Below are positions 11,160-21,123 of a DNA stretch of 64,000 nt, piece by piece. The notes under the pieces were generated by a model. It worked only from the letters and a program-made list of their open reading frames with translations. It ran no database searches and had not been told where the DNA came from. Source of the stretch: Candidatus Marinacidobacterales bacterium (lineage in GTDB: Bacteria > Acidobacteriota > Vicinamibacteria > Marinacidobacterales > SMYC01). The DNA is taken from positions 5,504,001 through 5,568,000 of the forward strand of contig OZ250169.1 of the NCBI GenBank assembly GCA_965237955.1. Direction: 5' to 3'. The position numbers and the translations under genes were made by a program. Positions within the stretch are counted from its first letter, which is position 1; the number at the start of each line of letters is the position of its first letter.

Positions 11160-12950
11160 ATGATGCGCATGATGATTGTGTCGCTGTTGCTATCGGCGAC
11201 GGCCTCCGCCGAGAGTGTCAAAAAGCACGTGACGACGTTGGCCTCCGAAGACATGGCCGGCCGGCTGACCGGCATCGACGGTGCCCACAAAGCCGCCGAC
11301 TACATCATTCAGGAGCTGGAGCGATTGGGTGCGTCGACTTTACCTGGACAAAGCTCCTACCGGATTCCGTTCGAGTTCACGGCCGGAGTCAAAGATACGG
11401 GCTCGAGCTTGAATTTGTCTGGCGGCGTCGATGATTGGACCGCGCCGTCCGACAGCGTACGTGGTCTCTCGTTCTCGGACGTTGGTGAAGTCGACGGGCC
11501 GGTCGTGTTCGCCGGGTACGGCATCACCGTCCCTGAGAGTCAAGATTTCGGCTACGACAGTTACTTCGGACTCGACGTCGAAGACAAGATCGTTCTTGTG
11601 CTGCGCTATTTTCCCGAAGACGCGTCGGCTGACGTCCGAAGTGTTCTCGCGCGCTACTCCGGTCTTCGATACAAAGCGCTCAACGCGCGCGAGCGCGGAG
11701 CGAAAGGGCTTCTGCTCGTGACCGGTCCGCGTTCTCCGAACGCGGGAGAGCTTACCGCGCTCACGTTCGACACCGCGGCGTCGGGCTCGGGCATCGTCGC
11801 CGCAAGCATTACTGGTGAGCTCGCCGAGCGACTCTTCGAGCACGTTGCGGACAAGACGCTCGAGCAAGCTCAAGAGGATCTCGATAGCGCCAATCCTCAC
11901 GTGACCGGATTCGAAATTCCCGACGTCACCCTCCGTGTGAACGTGCAGCTCGAGCGGGAGATGGGGACGGGGTACAACGTGGCCGGTTATTTCCCGGCCA
12001 ACGCCAACGGCAATGCCGCGTTTGCCGATCGATTCGTTCTCATGGGCGCTCATTACGATCACCTCGGAACCGGACGGCATGGGAATTCTCTCGCGGGGAA
12101 GGACGAAGCGGGGCAAGTTCACGGTGGCGCCGATGACAATGCTTCCGGAGTCGCCGCGGTGCTCGGTGCTGCGGAGTGGTTGAAAAAGAGGAACCGCCGC
12201 TCGCACGTTGCGTTCGCGTTCTGGTCGGGTGAGGAGATGGGCCTTCTCGGCTCGGGCTCGTTCGTCGCCTCGGACGCCATCGATTCGGAGACACTCGCAG
12301 CCTACGTGAACTTCGACATGGTCGGGCGCATGCGGGACAACAAGCTCGTGCTCCAGGCTGTGGGCACCAGCGACGTGTGGCCACGTCTCATCGAGCAAAC
12401 GAACGTCCCCGTGGGTTTCGACGTAAAGATGACCGAAGATCCCTACTTGCCGACCGACGTCATGAGCTTCAACCAAGCGGAAGTCCCGAGCATCAATTTC
12501 TTCACCGGTAGCCACAAGGAGTACCACCGGCCGGCCGATCGTGTCGAGCTCATCAATTTCGAGGATCTGGAGCGGATCGTGCAATTCGGTGCGCTTCTGA
12601 CCGAAAAGCTCGCGAACCTCGATGAAGCACCCGAGTTCATCAAAGTCGCGCGCACGAGACAAGAGGGTGGGAGTCGCGACTCGGTGCGGGCGTTCACGGG
12701 CACGATTCCGGATTATTCGACCGAGATCGAGGGGCTGCTCTTGAGCGGTGTGATCGAAGGTGGTCCCGCCGAGGAAGCCGGGCTTCTGGGTGGTGACGTC
12801 ATAATAGAGTTTGCCGGACAGAAAATCACGAACATCTATGACTACACCTATGCGCTCGACGTCGTGAAGGTTGGTGAGCCGATCGAGGTGGTTTACGAGC
12901 GCGACGGTGAGAAGAAGCAAACGACGTTGACGCCGCGCGCTCGCAAGTAG
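11160..12950 (+). CDS. M28 family aminopeptidase with PA and PDZ domains
   Basis: Signal peptide; 'GAHYDHLG', 'GADDNASG', 'WSGEEMGLLGS', 'NFDMVGR', 'EYHRPAD'; C-terminal PDZ 'GTIPDY...GGPAEEAGL'. Confidence 0.92.
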   Translation: MMRMMIVSLLLSATASAESVKKHVTTLASEDMAGRLTGIDGAHKAADYIIQELERLGASTLPGQSSYRIPFEFTAGVKDTGSSLNLSGGVDDWTAPSDSVRGLSFSDVGEVDGPVVFAGYGITVPESQDFGYDSYFGLDVEDKIVLVLRYFPEDASADVRSVLARYSGLRYKALNARERGAKGLLLVTGPRSPNAGELTALTFDTAASGSGIVAASITGELAERLFEHVADKTLEQAQEDLDSANPHVTGFEIPDVTLRVNVQLEREMGTGYNVAGYFPANANGNAAFADRFVLMGAHYDHLGTGRHGNSLAGKDEAGQVHGGADDNASGVAAVLGAAEWLKKRNRRSHVAFAFWSGEEMGLLGSGSFVASDAIDSETLAAYVNFDMVGRMRDNKLVLQAVGTSDVWPRLIEQTNVPVGFDVKMTEDPYLPTDVMSFNQAEVPSINFFTGSHKEYHRPADRVELINFEDLERIVQFGALLTEKLANLDEAPEFIKVARTRQEGGSRDSVRAFTGTIPDYSTEIEGLLLSGVIEGGPAEEAGLLGGDVIIEFAGQKITNIYDYTYALDVVKVGEPIEVVYERDGEKKQTTLTPRARK

Positions 12951-12953
12951 ATA

Positions 12954-13050
12954 TCACTCGGCCTTTTCGGTGGTCGGGTCGAAGATCTTGCGAATCTCCG
13001 TCACCTTCGTCGCAGGAATTTACTCCTCTTCGCGTGCTCGCGGATCACTT
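12954..13050 (-). pseudogene. C-terminal fragment resembling DUF4242 proteins
   Basis: 'EEVIREHAKRS / IPATKVTEIRKIFDPTTEKAE*' across a frameshift. Confidence 0.45.
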
Positions 13051-13178
13051 CTTCGGAGATTCAGCGGATGACGTCCGTGCCTGTCGCCTTATGGGGCCGG
13101 TGCGACATGGCTCTCGATGGGGAGAGCTCCGACGCGCCGGTCCCTGTTGTTTTTCAGTTCAGCATTCAGGAAGATCAA

Positions 13179-13262
13179 CCCCCCTCACCCGCTAGCCTTC
13201 CGCCTCCGCCAAAGGCTACGGCGGACCCGCCGAAGCTCCTAGCGAAGACGGGTGGGGGGAGA
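13179..13262. repeat. REP-like nested palindromic element between convergent genes
   Basis: Outer CCCC.CACCCG / CGGGTGGGGG arms enclosing a TCCGCC-AAAGGCTAC-GGCGGA hairpin. Confidence 0.5.
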
Positions 13263-13273
13263 GTTTTTTGTTC

Positions 13274-13687
13274 TTACGTGTCTTTGGATTTACCGCCGAA
13301 TATCGAGTCGATGCTCAGTTTGCCGGCGCCGTGGGCGGCGATGTAGAGAAAGACGAAGGAGTAGATCACGGCGGACTCACCGCGGTTTTCGATGGGAAAC
13401 AGGTCTCGGGAGGCGTGGGCCATGAAGTACGCCGCCGCCATTTGGCCACTGGCGATGAAGGCGGCCCAGCTCGTCTGGAAGCCGACGGCGACCAAAAGGC
13501 CTCCGAAAAACTCGATGAGGCCGGCGAAGAACATCAGCGAAAGAAACGCCGCCGAGCCTCCATCTTCGCCCATGCCTCCGAGCCAACCGAACAGTTTCTG
13601 CGCGCCGTGCTGGGCGAACATGAGCCCGACCACGATGCGCATGGCGGCGTAGATTAGACCCGAGAACTTACCGAGAAAACTTTGCAT
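13274..13687 (-). CDS. DoxX family membrane protein
   Basis: 'RIVVGLMFAQHGAQKLFG...IEFFGG...AAAYFMAH...GAGKLSID'; GGAGG RBS. Confidence 0.92.
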   Translation of the reverse strand: MQSFLGKFSGLIYAAMRIVVGLMFAQHGAQKLFGWLGGMGEDGGSAAFLSLMFFAGLIEFFGGLLVAVGFQTSWAAFIASGQMAAAYFMAHASRDLFPIENRGESAVIYSFVFLYIAAHGAGKLSIDSIFGGKSKDT

Positions 13688-13806
13688 TAGTGCCTCCGTT
13701 GTACGAGTAAATGTGATTGCGCCAGCCCTCGTTTATTACGAGACGGTCGCTCCCGTCAAGCGCTACTTTCATCTGTGCTAAACTAAACGGTTTAGCCGAC
13801 TCTTCC

Positions 13807-15606
13807 ATGATCCAAGAGAACGTTCGCAACTTCTGCATCATCGCACATATCGACCACGGTAAGTCCACTTTGGCCGATCGGCTGATCCAACGCTGTGGCG
13901 GCGTCACCGATCGCGAGTTTCGCGATCAAATTCTCGATTCGATGGATCTCGAGCGTGAGCGCGGGATCACCATCAAGAGCAATACGGTGACGCTTCTCTA
14001 TGATGCGAAAGACGGGAAGCGATACCAGCTGAACCTCATCGATACGCCGGGTCACGTCGACTTCTCCCACGAAGTGCGCCGCTCGCTGATGTCGTGCGAG
14101 GGAGCGCTGATTCTCGTCGATGCATCCCAGGGTGTCGAGGCACAGACGGTCGCGAACCTCTATCTCGCGATGGAGTACGAGCTCGAGCTCCTTCCGGTGA
14201 TCAACAAAATCGATTTGCCTGCCGCGGATATCGATCGTGCGCGCGAGGAGATCGACGCCGATTTGGGGCTCGACCCGTTCGAGGCAATTCCGGTGTCGGC
14301 AAAACTGGGGCAAGGCGTCGATGAGCTCATCGAGGCGATCGTGGAAAAGCTTCCCCCGCCGTCGGGAGATGCGGCCAAGCCGCTCCAAGCGCTCATTTTC
14401 GATGCGCAATACGACGCCTACCGCGGCGTGGTCGTGCTGTGCAAAGTCGCCGAGGGAACATTGCAGCCCGGGCAGAGCATTCGCTTCATGCACACCGCAA
14501 AAGAGTACGACGTCGAAGAAGTCGGCTTGCTACAACTGAAGCGTGTGAAAAAAAAGGAGCTCGCGGCCGGCACGGTCGGATACGTTATCGCCAACATCAA
14601 GACGATTCGTGATATCGCCATCGGCGACACCATCACCGACGTCGCCAACCCGGCTTCCGACCCGCTTCCCGGATACAAAGAAGCGAAGCCCGTTGTCTTT
14701 TCTTCGATCTATCCGATGTCGACCGACGAGTACGAAGATCTCACCAAAGCTCTCGATAAGCTGACACTGAACGATCCGGCGCTGACATACGAGAAAGATT
14801 CCTCGGCGGCTCTGGGGTTCGGGTTCCGCTGCGGCTTCCTTGGGCTTTTGCATCTCGATGTGATCCAAGAGCGGTTGCAGCGCGAGTACGGCTTGTCGCT
14901 TCTACTGTCGGCGCCCTCGGTGCGCTACCGCATCACGCTCGCGGACGACGAGGTCCAGATGATCGACAATCCGGCCGACTATCCGGACCCGGGGAGAATC
15001 GCGAAGACCGAAGAGCCCTACATCAAAGCGTCGATCATGATGCCGGAGCGCTACGTCGGGGTGGTGATGGAGCTCAGTAGAGAACGCCGCGGCGAAAGCT
15101 CCACGTTCAACTATCTATCGGTGGGGCGCGTCGAGCTTACCTCGGAGCTTCCGCTCGCCGAGGTGCTCTTCGATTTCTACGATCGGCTCAAGACCGTAAC
15201 CCAAGGCTACGGATCGTTCGATTATGACTTGCTCGACTACCGCGAGACGAAGATCGTGAAGGTCGACATCCTGGTCAACAGCGAGCGCGTCGACGCACTC
15301 TCGCAGCTCGTGCACGAAGACAAGGCGCGAGCGCGGGCGCTCCACTATTGCGAGCGGTTGGCCAACACCATCCCGAAGCAGCAGTTCAAGATCGCGATCC
15401 AAGGTGCTATCGGTGCGAAGATCATCGCCCGCACGACCATCAACGCCTATCGGAAGGACGTGACCGCGAAGTGCTACGGTGGTGACATCACCCGAAAGCG
15501 CAAGCTCATCGAGAAACAAAAAGAGGGTAAAAAGCGCATGAAGATGGTGGGATCGGTGGAGATCCCGCAGTCTGCGTTCGTGGCGGTCCTCAAAACGGAT
15601 GAGTAG
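13807..15606 (+). CDS. lepA: Translation elongation factor 4 (LepA)
   Basis: 'RNFCIIAHIDHGKSTLADR', 'ERERGITIK', 'DTPGHVDF', 'GFRCGFLGLLH', 'RKDVTAKCYGGDITRKRKL'. Confidence 0.98.
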   Translation: MIQENVRNFCIIAHIDHGKSTLADRLIQRCGGVTDREFRDQILDSMDLERERGITIKSNTVTLLYDAKDGKRYQLNLIDTPGHVDFSHEVRRSLMSCEGALILVDASQGVEAQTVANLYLAMEYELELLPVINKIDLPAADIDRAREEIDADLGLDPFEAIPVSAKLGQGVDELIEAIVEKLPPPSGDAAKPLQALIFDAQYDAYRGVVVLCKVAEGTLQPGQSIRFMHTAKEYDVEEVGLLQLKRVKKKELAAGTVGYVIANIKTIRDIAIGDTITDVANPASDPLPGYKEAKPVVFSSIYPMSTDEYEDLTKALDKLTLNDPALTYEKDSSAALGFGFRCGFLGLLHLDVIQERLQREYGLSLLLSAPSVRYRITLADDEVQMIDNPADYPDPGRIAKTEEPYIKASIMMPERYVGVVMELSRERRGESSTFNYLSVGRVELTSELPLAEVLFDFYDRLKTVTQGYGSFDYDLLDYRETKIVKVDILVNSERVDALSQLVHEDKARARALHYCERLANTIPKQQFKIAIQGAIGAKIIARTTINAYRKDVTAKCYGGDITRKRKLIEKQKEGKKRMKMVGSVEIPQSAFVAVLKTDE

Positions 15607-16747
15607 GCCCGGCCTCTACGTTCACGTTCCATTCTGCTCAGCTATCTGTCCCTACTGCGATTTTGCCGTCGTCACTGGTGCTCGCGATCGCCGCAAGCGC
15701 TACGTGGAGCACTTACTGCGAGAGCTCGAGGCACGTAACGAGCTCACCGGCTTCGACACGGTTTATTTTGGTGGCGGGACGCCATCGCTTCTCGATAGCG
15801 ATGACCTTCACCGGATTCGCGAGCGAGCGTCGCTCGCTGCTGATGAGCGCGTGTTTCTCGAAGCGAATCCGGAGGACGTGACCGAGAGCTCGGTGGCTCG
15901 CTGGCGCGAGCTCGGCGTGTCGACGCTCAGCCTCGGTATCCAGTCGTTCGATGACGACGCGCTCTCGTTTCTCGGGCGGCGTCACACCGCGTCCCAAGCG
16001 CACGCGGCCATCGAGACCGCGCGCCGGGCCGGTTTCGAGACGCTCTCGATCGATCTCATTTTAGGACTTCCGGATCAATCGTTGCGTACCTGGCAAAGGA
16101 CTCTCGACCACGCGCTCGCGCATGAGCCCGACCACATCTCGTGCTACCAGCTCACGATCCATGAAAAGACGCTCTTCGGCCGCAAACAGCGCGAAGGGAA
16201 GCTCCGGGAGGCGAGCAACGACGCGCAAGCAGAGCTTCTTCGTGAGACGCACCGCGCTCTCGCAGGAGCCGGCTACACCGGTTACGAAGTCTCGAACTTC
16301 GCTCGTGGTGCGGAGCATCGCTCGAAGCACAATGAGAAATATTGGGATCACACGCCGTATCTCGGGATTGGTCCCTCGGCTCATTCTTTCGACGGGCGGA
16401 CGCGCTCGTGGAATACACGCTCGCTTTTCTCATGGCAGAAGCAGATCGATTCCGGTGCTAGCGCGATCGAAGGACACGAGACGCTGGACGACGACGCGCT
16501 TCTTCTCGAGACGATCATGTTGCGGCTTCGCACCCGCGACGGACTCGACTTCGACGATGTGGCCGAGCGCTTCCACGTCGATCTTCTTCAGTGTAACCGT
16601 GAGCTCGTCGACCGGCTGTGCGACGAGAAACTCGTCGAGCTCTCCGGCCGTCGCCTCCGCCCCACCGTCGAAGGATTGGCCGTCGCCGATAGCCTCGCCA
16701 CGTCTTTCCAGATACCGAACCACCCATGGCAGCAGACTCTCCGGTAA
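15599..16747 (+). CDS. hemW: Radical SAM heme chaperone HemW
   Basis: 'LYVHVPFCSAICPYCDF', 'YFGGGTPS', 'YEVSNFA', 'HNEKYW'; canonical lepA-hemW order. Confidence 0.93.
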   Translation: MSRPGLYVHVPFCSAICPYCDFAVVTGARDRRKRYVEHLLRELEARNELTGFDTVYFGGGTPSLLDSDDLHRIRERASLAADERVFLEANPEDVTESSVARWRELGVSTLSLGIQSFDDDALSFLGRRHTASQAHAAIETARRAGFETLSIDLILGLPDQSLRTWQRTLDHALAHEPDHISCYQLTIHEKTLFGRKQREGKLREASNDAQAELLRETHRALAGAGYTGYEVSNFARGAEHRSKHNEKYWDHTPYLGIGPSAHSFDGRTRSWNTRSLFSWQKQIDSGASAIEGHETLDDDALLLETIMLRLRTRDGLDFDDVAERFHVDLLQCNRELVDRLCDEKLVELSGRRLRPTVEGLAVADSLATSFQIPNHPWQQTLR

Positions 16748-18042
16748 CCTACCGGAGAATCTTCCGGCTGTGGGTGCCGCTCGCGGCGACATGGCTGATG
16801 ATGTCGGTCGAGGGTACGTTTCTTGCCGCGGTGATCGCGCGACTCGACGAGCCGACGTTCAATCTCGCGGCCTACGGCGTGGCGTTTGCGTTCGCTCTCA
16901 TCGTCGAAGCGCCCATCATCATGATTTTGAGCGCGGCTACGGCACTGGTCCGAGACTACGAGTCGTTCAAAAAGCTCCGGAACTTCAGCTACACGCTGAA
17001 CCTGTTGATCACCCTGGGGATGCTCCTGGTGCTGTGGCGACCGGTGTTCTCGTGGTTGTCCAAGGATGTGCTGGCGCTTCCAGGTCCGGTCGCGACACTC
17101 ACGCATCGAGCGCTCGAGCTGCTGCTTCCGTGGCCGGCGGCAATCGGTTACCGGCGTTTCTACCAGGGGATTCTGATCCGGGCCGAGCTCACGCGGCGTG
17201 TCGCTTACGGCACCGCGGTTCGTGTCGTCACCATGGCGGCGACGGCGCTCGTCCTTTACACTTTTTTCGCGTTACCGGGCGCACTCGTCGGCGCATCCGC
17301 GCTGTCCGCCGGAGTGGTCTTGGGGGCGATCGCCACGCGACTGATGGCGCTCGGTCTTCCGGAGAGACTCAAGAACCAGCCCGCCGGGGAGCACCTCAGC
17401 TACCGCCGCATCATCGATTTCTACGTCCCGCTGGCGTTAACGTCGATCATTTCGCTGGCGGTGCACCCGATGGTGACGTTCTCATTGGGCCAGAGCCGCC
17501 TTCCTCTGGAATCGCTCGCCGTGTACCCCGTCGTCACCTCGCTGACGTTCATCTTCCGGAGCATGGCACTGTCGTATCAAGAGGTCGCCATCACCCTCCT
17601 CGACGGCACCCGAGACAACTTCCGTCGAATATCCCGATTCGCGGCCGTCCTCGGCACCGTCGCAACTCTCGGGCTCCTCGTGATCGCATTCACGCCGCTC
17701 GCCGGTGTTTGGTTTCGGCACGTTTCCGGCCTCAGCGAAGAGCTCGCCGAGCTCTGTCTCCTGCCGCTGAGACTCTTCAGTCTCATTCCGTTTTTCTCGG
17801 TTTTGCTGGCGTTTCAGCGGTCGATCCTCGTGGTCGGACGGACCACGAGGCCCATGACCGTAGCGACGGTGGTGGAAGTCGTCGGAATCGTGAGTCTCCT
17901 CGTTCTCACGATCGGCGTTTTCGACCTCGTCGGTGTCGTGGGGGCCGTCATCGCGTTGTTCGGAGGCCGGCTGTTGGGAAATACCTACATGATGTTCCCG
18001 GTTTACATCGTACTGAGGTCGGCGGGCGTCTATCCTCGGTGA
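16726..18042 (+). CDS. MATE/ANKH-like multi-pass transporter
   Basis: Two homologous halves ('YRRIFRLWVPLA' / 'YRRIIDFYVPLA'), about 12 TM helices. Confidence 0.75.
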   Translation: MAADSPVTYRRIFRLWVPLAATWLMMSVEGTFLAAVIARLDEPTFNLAAYGVAFAFALIVEAPIIMILSAATALVRDYESFKKLRNFSYTLNLLITLGMLLVLWRPVFSWLSKDVLALPGPVATLTHRALELLLPWPAAIGYRRFYQGILIRAELTRRVAYGTAVRVVTMAATALVLYTFFALPGALVGASALSAGVVLGAIATRLMALGLPERLKNQPAGEHLSYRRIIDFYVPLALTSIISLAVHPMVTFSLGQSRLPLESLAVYPVVTSLTFIFRSMALSYQEVAITLLDGTRDNFRRISRFAAVLGTVATLGLLVIAFTPLAGVWFRHVSGLSEELAELCLLPLRLFSLIPFFSVLLAFQRSILVVGRTTRPMTVATVVEVVGIVSLLVLTIGVFDLVGVVGAVIALFGGRLLGNTYMMFPVYIVLRSAGVYPR

Positions 18043-18131
18043 CTCGGTTGCGCAAGCAGGAATCGCCCGCCATACTGAACACACGCTCAAGTTCATAACC
18101 GGGTAAAGAAAACGACGACGGAGGTCGCCCG

Positions 18132-19010
18132 ATGCTCGAACTGAAAGAGGCGAAGGGAGAGGTGGTAGAGCTGCCTCGCCGGGACCAGGAAAAGACTTCG
18201 CCGAAGCGAGCCCGCAGGGCCCCGCGGCCGACGCGCCGCCCCGCGTCACCTATCGGCGCGTGGCAAACGACCGCGCTTTTCTGTCTGTGCGTGTTGTTCG
18301 TCCTCGCCATCGGCCTCGCGCTCCATGCCTACCAGCGCTCGATGGAGCTCGAGAACCAGCTGCGTGAGACGGTTTCGGAAATGCAGGCGGGAATGCAGGA
18401 GCTCAAAGCCGGTGTCCATTTCGGGTCTACCCGGCAGCAACTCTTGCTCGGGATGCGGGACGAGATTTTGCGAGTCAACGAAGAGATCAGCCTGGGGGAG
18501 GCTTACCGCATCGCGGAGCTTCTGCTCAGAGCAACCGACAAGTACCCGTCCGTGGATCCGGTTCTTTTGCTCTCGATAGGTATCGTCGAGAGCGGGTTCG
18601 AGAGGAAGGCGCGGAGCCCGGCGGACGCTCGGGGCCTCTATCAGATTTGGCCGGCGACGGGTCGGATGCTCGCGGCAATGCTCGGCTGGGAGTACAGCGA
18701 CGAAATGCTGTACGACCAGCACCGCAATACGGAGCTCGCAGCGCTCTATCTCGACGTCCTCATGACGACGTACAACGACGTGGGGATGGCGCTTGCCGAG
18801 TACAACGGCGGACCCATCAACGCCGGCTTGTACCGGGCACGCAGCCACAAAACGGCCGCCGAGACCCGCGACTACGTTCCCAAAGTGCTCGAGCAGTACC
18901 AGCGGCTCATAAAAACCCTCCCGACCGCGCCCGGACTGAGCCACGACATCATTTACCGGGACGCCTCGCGCCCGGGCAAGCAGCTCGGCGTCTCGGCCAG
19001 CGCCGACTGA
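18132..19010 (+). CDS. Membrane-anchored lytic transglycosylase (SLT domain)
   Basis: TM plus coiled coil, then 'IVESGF...SPADARGLYQI', 'ALAEYNGG', 'ETRDYV'; GGAGG RBS. Confidence 0.9.
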   Translation: MLELKEAKGEVVELPRRDQEKTSPKRARRAPRPTRRPASPIGAWQTTALFCLCVLFVLAIGLALHAYQRSMELENQLRETVSEMQAGMQELKAGVHFGSTRQQLLLGMRDEILRVNEEISLGEAYRIAELLLRATDKYPSVDPVLLLSIGIVESGFERKARSPADARGLYQIWPATGRMLAAMLGWEYSDEMLYDQHRNTELAALYLDVLMTTYNDVGMALAEYNGGPINAGLYRARSHKTAAETRDYVPKVLEQYQRLIKTLPTAPGLSHDIIYRDASRPGKQLGVSASAD

Positions 19011-19046
19011 GGCGCAAGCAACTCCACACCTTCTTCGGGGCAAAAC

Positions 19047-19101
19047 CCGTGCCCGAGCCCGACTATTCGACGACCAAAAGCCCTTCCGGGCTCGGGCACG
19101 G
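19047..19101. terminator. 15-bp perfect inverted repeat (terminator or REP-like hairpin)
   Basis: CCGTGCCCGAGCCCG (19047-19061) / CGGGCTCGGGCACGG (19087-19101), followed by A8 rather than a T-tract on +. Confidence 0.5.
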
Positions 19102-19189
19102 AAAAAAAAGATGCCACCATTACGAAACCGTGCTACATTCTAAATACGACAGCAAGACGTAATCATGTCGCCTTATGGGATCTTAGTAG

Positions 19190-19738
19190 ATGCAAAGCGT
19201 TGAACTCAAAAAGGATTTCAGCATTGGTGAGCTGTCCGACGCCGCGTCGGTCACGGCCCGGACGATCCGCTACTACGTGGCTGAAGGGCTTCTCGCCCCG
19301 CCCGAGAAAGGCGGCCGCGGCGCGACCTACAACGAAGAGCACCTTGCGCGCCTGCAGCTGATCAGGCGCTTGAAGGGGGAATATTTGCCGCTTCAGGAGA
19401 TTGCGACGCTCATGCGGGGTCTCGATCGTCAGGCGGTATTGGGTCTTCTCGAGCAGAAGCAACGGACGAGCGTGGCCCCGCGCTCTTCCGCCAAAGCCTA
19501 TCTGCAGGATCTCCTCGAGGCCTCGGGTGGTTCCGCGTCGGATTCGGGTCGTTTGCGGGCTCGAGTCGCGGCGCACCCCAAAGCTGGGAACGAGATCCCG
19601 GAGGGCGTCGAGTGGAGAAGGCTCGTCGTCGATGAGGGGGTGGAACTACATGTTCGGGAAGATCGTCTGGGGGGAAGCTCGAAGGAAAAGGTGAGACAGC
19701 TTCTCCAGTTTGCGAAAGGGCTCTTTCTAACGCGATAG
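19190..19738 (+). CDS. MerR family HTH transcriptional regulator
   Basis: 'FSIGELSDAASVTARTIRYYVAEGLL.PP...Y.EEHLARLQLIRRL...LPLQEI'; C-terminal 'WRRLVVDEGVELHVRED'. Confidence 0.9.
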   Translation: MQSVELKKDFSIGELSDAASVTARTIRYYVAEGLLAPPEKGGRGATYNEEHLARLQLIRRLKGEYLPLQEIATLMRGLDRQAVLGLLEQKQRTSVAPRSSAKAYLQDLLEASGGSASDSGRLRARVAAHPKAGNEIPEGVEWRRLVVDEGVELHVREDRLGGSSKEKVRQLLQFAKGLFLTR

Positions 19739-19781
19739 AGGTTGGGGAGAGCGCGCCGGGGTCAACTGATGGGGGACCTCT

Positions 19782-21068
19782 ATGAACAATCGCGTTGTCA
19801 AGATGCTTCAACTCGAATGTCGCGTCGACCGGGGGCTTCTGCCCGTTGGCCGACCCGCGGAGCGCTACGCTTTGATGACACTCAAGATGCCCGAGGTGGA
19901 CTCGCCAAAAGCGCGCTTGCCGGTGAACTTGAGCCTCATCCTCGATCGCAGCGGCTCGATGCAAGGCGACAAGCTTCGGTTCGTCAAGCGGGCCGTCGCG
20001 CACACACTCCGGCATCTGACGCTGTCGGACATGGTGTCCATCGTCGCCTACGACGATGAAGTCGAAATCGTTGCGCCTTCGTTCAAGGTCACGCCGGAGA
20101 ACACGAAAGCTGCGCTCGCGAACGTCGAGAAAGTGTGGGCCGGTGGCAAGACGAATTTGAGCCTTGGCTGGTTCACCGGCTGCGATCAGATCGCGGATCA
20201 TATCGGCTCCGGCGTCATCAACCGTGCCATGGTGTTGACCGATGGATTGGCCAATGAAGGGCTCACCAACGTCGAGAGGCTCGTCAACCAGGCGCGCGAG
20301 CTTCGCGTGCGCGGTATCACCACCAGCACGTTCGGTGTCGGGTACGACTTCAACCAATTCTTGTTGCAACGCATCGCCGATGCGGGCGGGGGGCACTTCT
20401 ATTTCATCGATGATCCAGAAGTGATCCCTGCCTTTTTTCATGGTGAGCTTAGCGAGATGCTGTCGACGGTCGCGAAGGACATCGTCCTCGAGATCGGCGT
20501 TCCCAAGGGTGCGTCGGTAGAACCACTCAATGGGGTTCCGAGGGAATTGGCCGAGAACCGCCGTGTGCGTGTCCTGTTGGGCGACGCGTTCTCCGGGCAG
20601 ACGCGGGAGATCATTCTCCGCGTGGAGCTTCCTGCGTTTCAGCGGAACCAGCATTTGTTGCTGCCGGTCGCGCTCCAATACGAAGACACTCTCGAAGCGC
20701 GCCGCGTTACGATCGATCAGCCCGGCCTCATCTTCGAGACCGCCGACGAGGCGCGGTGCCGCGCCCAGCGTTCGGACGAGGACGTGCTCCGGGCCGCGTG
20801 CCGCTCCGAGGTCGACCGGGCGAAGATGGAGGCGTTGTTCCGCGAGTTCGAAGGCGATCTTTCCGGTGCGGACGACTCACTGCTCGCTGCCGAAACGACG
20901 ATTCACGGTTTGCTGCCGCCGGACATGGCACGACCCCTCGTCGAGGAGATCGGGACGATGAGCGATGCGCTGCACCTGGGCTTGAGCGACGCTAGCCGGA
21001 AGGAACAACACTATCGCCTCTATCGAAATCAGCGTCGCCGACCGGATCCAGGTACGCCGATTCCGTAG
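19782..21068 (+). CDS. vWA domain protein (YfbK-like)
   Basis: Intact MIDAS 'LDRSGSM', 'GGKTNL', 'VLTDGLAN', 'TFGVG', 'IADAGGGHFYFI'. Confidence 0.9.
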   Translation: MNNRVVKMLQLECRVDRGLLPVGRPAERYALMTLKMPEVDSPKARLPVNLSLILDRSGSMQGDKLRFVKRAVAHTLRHLTLSDMVSIVAYDDEVEIVAPSFKVTPENTKAALANVEKVWAGGKTNLSLGWFTGCDQIADHIGSGVINRAMVLTDGLANEGLTNVERLVNQARELRVRGITTSTFGVGYDFNQFLLQRIADAGGGHFYFIDDPEVIPAFFHGELSEMLSTVAKDIVLEIGVPKGASVEPLNGVPRELAENRRVRVLLGDAFSGQTREIILRVELPAFQRNQHLLLPVALQYEDTLEARRVTIDQPGLIFETADEARCRAQRSDEDVLRAACRSEVDRAKMEALFREFEGDLSGADDSLLAAETTIHGLLPPDMARPLVEEIGTMSDALHLGLSDASRKEQHYRLYRNQRRRPDPGTPIP

Positions 21069-21123
21069 GTAGGGCCCGGCGGGGGGATGTCTTTCGAGTG
21101 CGTGTCGTGTACCGTATGCGGCT

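Noticed and set aside
16122-18098. Long alternative-frame and antisense ORFs (e.g. 16122..18098, 11340..12920, 25554..27122, 19410..20678)
   Set aside because: Arg/Ala/Pro-rich shadow ORFs overlapping well-supported genes, as expected in GC-rich DNA.
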